Below are positions 25,500 through 35,688 of a stretch of DNA of 64,000 nucleotides, one piece after another. Where the stretch lies: positions 10,540,001 through 10,604,000 of the forward strand of contig JBHGNT010000018.1 of assembly GCA_043228905.1 (NCBI GenBank), written 5' to 3'. The translations under genes were made by a program, and so were the position numbers. The DNA comes from Azolla caroliniana (lineage: Eukaryota; Plantae; Polypodiophyta). How positions within the stretch are numbered: the stretch's first letter is position 1; the number at the start of each line of letters is the position of its first letter. The notes below the pieces were generated by a model. That model was not told where the DNA came from. It saw only the letters and a program-made list of their open reading frames with translations, and did not search any database.

Positions 25500-28306
25500 T
25501 CCAAGGGTTCTAGAGGTTCTTCGGGTAGTTGTGGTGGCTGCTATTGTTGTTGCTCTCCAGCCTGCTCCTCCTTTCCGGCTCCAGTCCCTTTCAGGCTTCC
25601 GCTCCGGCTCATCTGTTCTGGGCTCCTCCTGCTCCTGATGTCCAGCTTGCATTGGCTCTTGCGGTTGGCTACGTTCGAGTGCTCCACTTGAGCTACATTT
25701 GGCTGGCTCCCTCCGGTTTCGGCTGCGTTCGGCGTCTACTCCAAAGATTGCTCTTCGTCACTAATGTTAATTGCCGTCGTTCTTCTACCCACCAATTGTC
25801 GTCTCCGCTCCCGTTCGTATCGCTCGAACTGGAGTTGGGTATCCAGTTGGTCGTCATCCAATTGTCCCACCAGTCAGCCCACCACCACTAGTTGTTCTCC
25901 GGCCAAGGATAGGAAGTCATCCGATAACTCCTCCCTTATGGTCACAACACTTTCCACGTCCAGTTTGTAGAAGTTATTGCCGTCCTTCTCCCGGTTCTCT
26001 GCATCCACTCGCAAAACCTGCAACTCAGCTTCCTGCTTTGCCCATTTGGACCACCACAGTACTGAACTTTCTTCAACTAACCTCTTCGTCTGGTCCCTCC
26101 ATGTTAGTACAATGTCTCGAATACGGCCAAGTCCCATCTTTGACTTATCCTCCGCGGCCTGCTTTTCATCCTTTAATTTCTTTATGAGGCTCACGGTTGC
26201 CTCAGCTTGTCCCTAATACTGCATCAGTTGCGTCTGATAAGTCGTATAAACTTTGTTCAGAGCCATCTTTGCTTGTTCCATCTCCTCATTATGTTGCAGG
26301 GTAAGCTACATTCTGTCCTTCGCCGCTTCTGCCAATATCTTTGCCGCTTCGACTCCGTTGGTCCTTTCTTCCACCAATGCCGCTGCCATCCTATTGACTT
26401 CATTCCAAACTTCCCGCATCTTCTCTTGTTGTCGGTCACCTTCTGTCATCAATACCTTGTGTTCCGCCTCTAGGTGCTTGTGATCCCGGTGCAACCTATC
26501 AAAATCGTGTGTTTTCTATTCTAGCTTTTGATTGACTTGGTGTCGGGCACTGTCCTCACGGTCCTTCTGTTGCCAAGTTCTTCTTTGAGCCACTCGATCT
26601 CAACTTCCGCCAATCGCCGGGGATTGTCCTTTTCTTGCAACAACTTTTCTTTTTCTTCCTTCAATCGGTCATATGCTTGATGACCCTTCCGTAGATTGTC
26701 CTCGGCTTTTCGGAGGTTCTCTGCCATTTTCCGTTGTTCCTCCTCCATCACCTTCTTCAGGTCTCATTCTCTAGCCCTTAAGGCCTCTTGGGCTGCTAGT
26801 TCTTCTCTAAGAGTGGTTTCTGTTCTCGCCGAAAGCCCTTTTTGGATTGGTGCCTGTAGCGACAACTCCTGCTCTTGCTGTGCCTGCTGCCTCGGTGAGG
26901 TAGGCAATTCGATTACCGATTCTTGGACCACCGACATTGTTGCTTCTTGTTGCACATGTAACTCTTTCATCGGTTTTGGTTGAACCAGTTCCACCTTTCC
27001 TTGCCTCCGGTCCCTCGGAACGGGGTGTCGGTGCGTTGTCCTTCATCGGACCCGATTCGTCCCCCTTCTGCTCCGCGTCGCTACGCTTCTAGCGATGTAG
27101 GAGGTTATCGGCGGGGTCTTCCTCCGCCTCCTCCTCGTGGATTCTGATATTGATCTTCGTTGCCAAGGGGTCCGGCTCTTGTTCCTGTCGGCGTAACTTG
27201 ATTTTAAGAGGCCTTACTGGTGGCTCCACCAGTGTCTCTGTCTTTGCTTACCTCTTCCGGCTAGGCGGTTCTTTCCCTTGCTGCGAGGTACTGCCCTCTT
27301 TCCATCCAGGCGTGTGCTTGGCCAAGAGTTGTTGCCGTTTTGAAGGTTTGTTGGGCGTGGTCTCCGTTACTTGAACCCACTTCTTAGTCTTTACCGGCTC
27401 CACTGGGGACGCCTAGAGAGTTAACCATTGAGCCATGGTCGTTCATATTTTCTTGCCATTCTGCACTGATTCTATTGTCGTCCGCAAGCAATCATCGATG
27501 ATTACCGGCCAATCCACTTGCACCCTTGTGTATGTAGCAATGATGAAACTGACTTTGTTCTTTGGCATTGCCGGGGGTCGGGGGTACACGAACCCATACT
27601 CGTGGAGGACATGAGCCACTTCTCTGAACAAGGGGTCCTCACCGCCCTGTGTCCGGTGAGCCTTGCTGGCTAGGGAATACTCACGAAAAAACTTGGTTAG
27701 CGTTTCAGGAGAACGGTTCACGATGGTGTAGATGCCCCCTTCCGGCAATCCGATTAGAGTGCGGATGGCTTCCTCCGTTATGACTTCCGTGTCGATTTTA
27801 TGCACGACTTCTTCTGCTTCATAGTGTGGCGGTGCCTCTACTATCCTCATGAAGCCTCCCAACCTAGGTTTGTTGAACCACTTCTTGGTTGTTTCGGAAA
27901 GTGCCATAGGTTCCATCTCATCGTCTGGTTCTGCGGGGGTGGGTAGGGCCGATGTACTTGTATGTGCTTCTTGCGTCCGTCTGCTCACTTGTATTGTCCT
28001 TTGTGCGCTCAATGCTCTGTGTTCACGAAATGAGGTTTCGTGTTCCCATGCTTGACACCTTTCTCGAGCAACCAATCAGCGATGATTACCGGCCAATCCA
28101 CTTGCACCCTTGTGTATGTAGCAATGATGAAACCGGCTTTGTTCCTTGGCCTTGCTGGGGGTCGGGTGGGGGGGTACACGAACCCATACTCATGGAGGAC
28201 ACGAGCCACTTCTCTGAACAGGGGGTCCTCACCGCCCTGTGTCCGGTGAGCCTTGCTAGGGAGGGAATACTCGCCAAAAAACTTGGTTAGCGTTTCAAGA
28301 GAACGG
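25500..28306 (-). pseudogene. G2 extra 3' ORF remnants (charged, coiled-coil-like), continuing at 35278-35640
   Basis: Series of E/K/R/Q-rich frames between INT and the 3' LTR, in element sense. Confidence 0.6.
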
Positions 28307-29019
28307 TGTCATAGTGCATTTCGTAGACTACGTGAAAAACTCATAAAGTACCGATTTAATAAATATGAATAAATAGTAGAAAATATTAAAATATATATAA
28401 CATGCATAGGGCAAGATTTGAACCTTGCACCTCCATGTTAATAATGTGAAACCTTACCATTACACTAGCATTACATTCATGTTAAAAAATAAATGTCCCA
28501 CATAAAAATAAGGCAAGTTCACATAGGATAGTTAAAAGAAAAAGCTACGCATGCATATCTAGCATGCATGAACACTATAGTCGATAAAAAACGCACAAGA
28601 TAGAAAAAGCATGATCACTTTCGATAAAGCATATAGTCTATCTATAGGAAAAGCATGGAGTCTATAGTTAGAGAAGAAAAATCATGGATTGCTAAGACTC
28701 CCTCATCACTACATAAGGATGGGGAGCACAATGTAAGGTGTGTGAAATATTTGGGAAATTGGATATATTTCCTAAAACACCAATAATAAAATAGAATCGT
28801 GGGATTCACGAAGTTTTATATAATCTATCTCTTTCAATCTAAATTCATATTCTTACATAAATATTGATTACTGTAATACTTGTGGGATTCACAAGATTAG
28901 CCTCAAATTCTTCCTCCTAGTCCAAAACCTCGGTGGTTCCCACCCGACTCACGCAACGATCCGAAGCCGAAAGGCACGACACAAGTGGTGAACCCGACGT
29001 GAAGAGGGGTGGTAAGGAG

Positions 29020-31089
29020 ATGGAGAATCAACAAGAAGCGATGAATATGATGATGATGATGATTAACCGGATGCAAGAAGAGCAACGCACAATGTTGGAG
29101 ATGAAATCGGCAGTAGCGCGGCTTGTGCAAAGAAATGGGGAATTCAACGGAAAGGATGTGTCACGCTATCTATGCGAATACAAGGCCGAGATGATGCGAT
29201 GTGGGATACCGAAAGGATTGCAAGTGACATCCTTCAATCGAGTAGTCACTGATGAGTTACAGGAGAGAATCCACAAAATAGGGCAACAAAACTTGACATG
29301 GGAGTCCTTTGAAGAAGCTTTATGAGAGGCATATGACTACGAGAGATCGAAGGGACGAGCTCGACGCGAGTTTGATGAATGGGTGGCATCGGAGAAGACC
29401 CACCGAACTACAACACAAGCATTCCTAGAGTTCGAGGATCGTTTTGCTCGACTCTCAGAGCGGGAACAACGATTGGTGGGGGAGGATAAAGTCCTAATGT
29501 TCGTAAAATCAATCGATCGAAAAGAAAGGATGGACATTGGGATTGAACTCGAAGACGATGACGGTGCGAATGGTCTTACTGAAGATTGGGCCGAAGTCCA
29601 AAGGGTATGTCGGAGACATGATGATAGGAAGATGAGAATCTTGTCAACGACATAGCCGATGAAGGATGGTCGATTGGAGACAAACGATGGAGCCGATATG
29701 AAGGCCGAAATACAACATGATGGTGCGACGGAAGAGGGTGTAAAACAAGCTACCCTCTTGTCTTGTGAAAGAACGACGGCGAAGGATAAGGCCGATAACC
29801 CAAGTGTAGAAGAAGATTTCAGAATACAAGTGTCTGAAACATCGGGTGAAAAAGGGGTAAGCATAATTGATGCAGTGAAAGAGAGCGAGGACTTGATTGA
29901 GGAGGTCGCCACAAAAGATGACATCGAATCGAAGTTGGCTATGGACGAATCAATGGCGGATGGCCATATCGAGACTTCCCCACCACTGATTCCAGAGACT
30001 CCGGCGGTTGCGTTCGAAAGGCAACGTGAGACCGAAGAGACAGAAGGTGGTGGAGAGAAAACAAAGGTCGAAGCCGATTCATACGATGGAGAGATAGCCG
30101 AGAAGGTGGCTATGGTTGAAATGACAGAGGATGATAATACCGAGGGTTCATGCACACTAATCCTAGAGACTTCGGCGGTTGCGTCCGAGAACCAACGTGA
30201 GACCAAAGAGATGGGAGATGGCGGCAAGGAAGGTAAAGTCGGAAGCCGGTTCGGATGGAAGATGATCCGTCCGAAATTCCGGTCTAAAAGAAAGCTAAAG
30301 CAAGCGGAAGTGGATCCGGACAAAATTCGAGAGTTCGACACGGATGGAAATCATTCCAACTAGAAGTTAATCGAACGAGACCGATCTGGAAAGAAGATTC
30401 GGAAGTCAAACCAGTCAAGACCGGTGAAAACAAAAAAAAGAAAGAAAATCTGGACGAAAACCAATCGGTAGACACAAATCCGGAAGGGGGCTGAATCGGT
30501 AAAAACCGATCAATCGAGTCCGAATCAGCCGAATACGAATCTTATCGGAAGCCGATCCAACCGAAAGCTGATCGGACGAGACCGATCCAGAAAAATGTCA
30601 AGGTTGATGAAGAGGCCAGGAAAAGACACTACCATGGATGACAAGGGCCAAGCGGATTTGAAGGGTATTATTAACGATGAGATCTCAACAAAGAAGAAAG
30701 GCTCTAACGGGAAGAACATAAACACTAATGCGAGATTCTATGACGAGAGAGAACAAAGAATATGGTGGATCGGATGGTGACAATGGTTCGGGTGGAAAGA
30801 ATAGATGTGCTCAAAATGGAGAGACAAAGCTGATATAGCGAGAGAAACGGAGGGTACAACAAGTAACGAAGAATTACGAGGGCCGGTAACCAGAGACCGG
30901 ACAGAGCTGGCAACCAAACTGAACCAGAAACCGGGCGGAGCTGGCAACCAAAAACCGGAGACTGAACGGGGCCGGTTCCCAAAAATGACCGGCGACGAAA
31001 CCAACCATGCAGAGAACGGACGGACGAGACTAACAATCACCGACAACTTCGGCACATACCGGAGGATGTGCAGGTTCGGAGGGGGCGAG
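29020..31089 (+). pseudogene. gag: N1 gag-like ORF with stops, followed by an acidic low-complexity tail
   Basis: FNGKDVSRYL...FEDRFARLS...VLMFVKSID, homologous to the N2 ORF and the G5 gag. Confidence 0.8.
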
Positions 31090-31307
31090 TGTCGTAGTGT
31101 ATTTCGTAGACTACGTGAAAAACTTATAAAGTACCGATTTAATAAATATGAATAAATAGTAGAAAATATTAAAATATATATAACATGCATAGGGCAAGAT
31201 TTAAACCTTGCACCTCCATGTTAATAATGTGAAACCTTACCATTACACTAGCATTACATTCATGTTAAAAAGTAGATGTCTCACATAAAAATAAGGTAAG
31301 TTCACGT

Positions 31308-34300
31308 TGTCGTGCCTTTCGGCTCCGGATCGTTGCGTGAGTCGGGTGGGAACCGCCGAGGTTTTGGACTAGGAGAAAGAAGAATATGAGATGAGGCTAG
31401 TAATGAATAGATTATTAGAAAGAGATATAGAAACTTGTGAATCCCACAAGTATAATTGTTTTAGTTTATCTAAATCGTAGTAATAAATTGAAATAATTTA
31501 GAATAGATTAGAGTAGATTGAGAAAAGAGATCAAACCTTGTGAATCCCACAAGTATTACATTAATCAATATTTATGTAAGAATATGAATTTAGATTGAAA
31601 GAGATAGATTATCTTAAACTTCGTGAATCCCACGAGTATATTTTATTAATTGGTGTTTTAGGAAATATATCCAATTTCCCAAATATTTTTCACACACCTA
31701 TTACATTGTGCTCCCCATCCTTATGTAGTGATGGGAGAGACTAAGCATAGCTACATGCTTTTTTTCTAATATGTTCATGCACACTAAATGTGCATGTGAT
31801 GCTTTTCTAATCCTTGCTTTTATTTGCTAAATATAGTGCTCATGCACGCTAGATGTGCATGAGTCACTTTTTAGTCGCTTGCGTTTTTCTATAAAATATT
31901 CACGCACTCTAAAAATACATGATTTACCTTTTAATAAAGGTAGGCGCAAATAAAGCACTTATAGTTATTAAATCTATTTATAGAACACTAAAGATAAGGT
32001 AGCATAATGGTAAAGTTGAGGTTTGGCTACGTGGAGGTACAGAGTTCGAATCTTGCCCTATGCACGTGATAAATATCTTGATATATTATTTTATTTATTT
32101 ATATGTAATTAAATCGGTTATATTATTTTTACTTTTTCACGTAGTGTACGAAATACACTACGACACTCGCCCCCTCCGAACCCGCACATCCTCCGGTATG
32201 TGCCGAAGTTGCCGATGCTCGTTGTCTCCCCTTCATCCTCCGTTTGTCCCGCTATGTCAACTTTGTCTCTCCATTTTGAGTAGACCCATTCTTTCCACCC
32301 GAACCATTGTCGCCATCCGATCCACCATATTCTTTGTTCTCTCTCGTCATATTCTTGGCCCTTGTCATTCGTGGTAGTGTCTTTTACTGGCCTCTTTCTT
32401 GTCTTCATCAACCTTGACTTTTTTCCGGATCGCTCTCGTCCGATCGACTTTTGGTTTGATCGGCTTCCGATCGGATTCGTATTCGGCCGAATCGGAATCG
32501 GTTGTTCGGTTTCGATTGAGTCGGTCTCCTTCCGGCCCGGTTTCGATCTATCGGTTTCGGTTTCGTCTTTTCTTTCGGGTCGACTTTCGGTCGAATCCTC
32601 TTTTACCCGGTTCGGCTTTCTTTCGGATCGGAATCCCGTCCGGATCACCTTCCATCCTAACTGGCTTCTGACTTTACCTTTCTTGCTGCCACCTCCCGTC
32701 TCTCCGGTCTCACGTTGCTTCTCAGACACAACCGCCGAAGTCTCTAGGATTAGTGGGTAGGAATCCTCGGTATTATCATCCTCCATTGTTTCACCCATAG
32801 CCATATTCTCGGCTATCTCTCCGTCGTATGCATCGACTTCGACCTTTGTTTTCTCTCCGCCACCTTCCGTCTCTTCGGTCTCACGTTGCCTTTCGAACGC
32901 AACCGCCGAAGTCTCTGGAATCAGTGGTGGGGAAGTCTCGATATGGCCATCCGTCGTTGATTCGTCCATAGCCACCTTCAATTCGATGTCATCTTTCATG
33001 GTGACCTCAATCCAGTCCTCCTTGCTCTCTTTCACTACATCAATTATGCTTACCCCTTTTTCACCCGATGTTTCGGACACTTGTATTCTGAAATCTTCTT
33101 CTACACTTGGGTTATCGGCCTTATCCTTCGTCGTTGTTCTTTCGCAAGACAAGAGGGTAGCTTGTTTTACACCCTCTTCCGTCGCACCATCATGTTGTAT
33201 TTCGGCCTTCATATCGGCTCCATTGTTTGTCTTCAATCGACCATCCTTCATCAGCCATGTCGTTGACAAGATTCTCATCTTCCTCTCATCATGTCTCCGG
33301 CATACCCTTTGGACTTCGGCCCAATTTTCGGTAAGACCATTCGTACCGTCATCGTCTTCGAGTTCGATCCCGATGTCCATCCTTTCTTTTCGATCGATCG
33401 ATTTTACGAACATTAGGACTTTATCCTCTCCCACCAACCGTTGTTCCCGCTCCGAGAGTCGAGCAAAACGATGCTCGAACTCTAGGAATGCTTGTGTTGC
33501 ACTTCGGTGGGTCTTCTCCGATGCCACCCATTCGTCGAATTCTCGCCGATCTTGTCCCTTCGATCTCTTGTAATCATATGACTCTCGTAAAGCTTCTTCG
33601 AATGATCCCCATGTCGAGTTTTGTTGCCGTATCTTGTGGATTCTCTCTTGTAGCTCATCCGTGGCCACCCGATTGAAGGATGTCACTTGCAATCCTTCCG
33701 GTATCCCACATCGTATCATCTCCGCCTTGTAGTCACGTAGATAGCGTGACACATCGTTTCCGTTGAATTGTCCGTTTCGTTGTACGAGCCGCTTTACTGC
33801 CCCCGTGATCTCCGACATCACTCGTTGTTCTTGTAGCATCCGCTCGAACATCATCATCATCGTTATGCTCATTGCCTCTTGTTGATTCTCCATCTCCTTG
33901 CCACCCGCCTTCACGTCGGGTTCACCAACTGTGTCGTGCCTTTCGGCTCCGGATCGTTGCGTGAGTCGGGTGGGAACCGCCGAGGTTTTGGACTAGGAGA
34001 AAGAAGAATATGAGATGAGGCTAGTAATGAATAGATTATTAGAAAGAGATATAGAAACTTGTGAATCCCACAAGTATAATTGTTTTAGTTTATCTAAATC
34101 GTAGTAATAAATTGAAATAATTTAGAATAGATTAGAGTAGATTGAGAAAAGAGATCAAACCTTGTGAATCCCACAAGTATTACATTAATCAATATTTATG
34201 TAAGAATATGAATTTAGATTGAAAGAGATAGATTATCTTAAACTTCGTGAATCCCACGAGTATATTTTATTAATTGGTGTTTTAGGAAATATATCCAATT

Positions 34301-34789
34301 TCCCAAATATTTTTCACACACCTATTACATTGTGCTCCCCATCCTTATGTAGTGATGGGAGAGACTAAGCATAGCTACATGCTTTTTTTCTAATATGTTC
34401 ATGCACACTAAATGTGCATGTGATGCTTTTCTAATCCTTGCTTTTATTTGCTAAATATAGTGCTCATGCACGCTAGATGTGCATGAGTCACTTTTTAGTC
34501 GCTTGCGTTTTTCTATAAAATATTCACGCACTCTAAAAATACATGATTTACCTTTTAATAAAGGTAGGCGCAAATAAAGCACTTATAGTTATTAAATCTA
34601 TTTATAGAACACTAAAGATAAGGTAGCATAATGGTAAAGTTGAGGTTTGGCTACGTGGAGGTACAGAGTTCGAATCTTGCCCTATGCACGTGATAAATAT
34701 CTTGATATATTATTTTATTTATTTATATGTAATTAAATCGGTTATATTATTTTTACTTTTTCACGTAGTGTACGAAATACACTACGACA
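31308..34789 (-). mobile_element. Young non-autonomous gag-only LTR element N2
   Basis: 858-bp LTRs at 31308-32165 and 33932-34789 with no difference seen. PBS at 33910-33927. Perfect 4-bp TSD acgt. Confidence 0.95.
32118..33914 (-). CDS. gag: Intact Gag-like protein (~590 aa) with an acidic/charged C-terminal half; no pol domains
   Basis: Single open frame filling the whole internal region. N-terminus homologous to G5 gag (FDGKDPTSYL...FEERFARLS...VLLFVKAVD). Confidence 0.8.
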   Translation of the reverse strand: MKAGGKEMENQQEAMSITMMMMFERMLQEQRVMSEITGAVKRLVQRNGQFNGNDVSRYLRDYKAEMIRCGIPEGLQVTSFNRVATDELQERIHKIRQQNSTWGSFEEALRESYDYKRSKGQDRREFDEWVASEKTHRSATQAFLEFEHRFARLSEREQRLVGEDKVLMFVKSIDRKERMDIGIELEDDDGTNGLTENWAEVQRVCRRHDERKMRILSTTWLMKDGRLKTNNGADMKAEIQHDGATEEGVKQATLLSCERTTTKDKADNPSVEEDFRIQVSETSGEKGVSIIDVVKESKEDWIEVTMKDDIELKVAMDESTTDGHIETSPPLIPETSAVAFERQRETEETEGGGEKTKVEVDAYDGEIAENMAMGETMEDDNTEDSYPLILETSAVVSEKQRETGETGGGSKKGKVRSQLGWKVIRTGFRSERKPNRVKEDSTESRPERKDETETDRSKPGRKETDSIETEQPIPIRPNTNPIGSRSNQKSIGRERSGKKSRLMKTRKRPVKDTTTNDKGQEYDEREQRIWWIGWRQWFGWKEWVYSKWRDKVDIAGQTEDEGETTSIGNFGTYRRMCGFGGGECRSVFRTLREKVKII

Positions 34790-35688
34790 ACGTAGGATAG
34801 TTAAAAGAAAAACGCATGCTAAAAGAAAAAGCTACGCATGCATATCTAGCGTGCATGAACGCTATAGTCGATAAAAAACGCACAAGATAGAAAAAGCATG
34901 ATCACTTTCGATAAAGCATATAGTCTATCTATAGGAAAAGCATGGAGTCTATAGTTAGAGAAGAAAAATCATGGATTGCTAAGACTCCCTCATCACTACA
35001 TAAGGATGGGGAGCACAATGTAAGGTGTGTGTGAAATATTTGGGAAATTGGATATATTTCCTAAAACACCAATAATAAAATAGAATCGTGGGATTCAAGA
35101 AGTTTTATATAATCTATCTCTTTCAATCTAAATTCATATTCTTACATAAATATTGATTAATGTAATACTTGTGGGATTCACAAGATTAGCCTCAAATTCT
35201 TCCTCCTCCTAGTCCAAAACCTCGGTGGTTCCCACCCGACTCACGCAACAATCCGGAGCCGAAAGGCACGACAACGCTTCTCGATGGAGTAGATGCCCCC
35301 TTCCGGCAATCCGATTAGAGCGCGGATGACTTCCTCCGTTATGACTTCTGTGTCGATTTTATGCACGACTTCTTCTGCTTCGTCGTGCAACGATGCCTCT
35401 ACTATCCTCATGAAGCCTCCCAACCCATGTTGGTTGAACCACTTCTTGCTTGTTTCGGAAAGTGCCATAGGTTCCATCTCGTCGTCTGGTTCTGCGGGGG
35501 TGGGTAGGGCCGATGTGCTTGTATGTGCTTCTTGCGTCCGTCTTCTCACTTGTATTGTCCTTTGTGCACTCAATGCTCTGTGTTCGCGAAATGAGGTTTC
35601 GTGTTCCCATGCTTGACACCTTTCTCGATTCCCACGCATGCACGTCGTGTACTAGAATAGCAACTGTATGATACATGGTGCGCTTTAA

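Larger units (their letters stand above)
28307..35273 (+). mobile_element. Non-autonomous gag-only LTR element N1 (3' LTR split by N2)
   Basis: 5' LTR at 28307-28981; 3' LTR at 31090-31307 plus 34794-35273. PBS tggtgaacccgacgtgaa at 28986-29003. PPT ggagggggcgag. 4-bp TSD acgg/acgc. Confidence 0.92.

Noticed and set aside
31995-32066. Functional tRNA genes in the LTRs (also ~28405-28470 and ~57253-57320)
   Set aside because: A/B boxes are present, but I could not fold an acceptor stem or anticodon arm. Reported as a promoter-like cassette instead.
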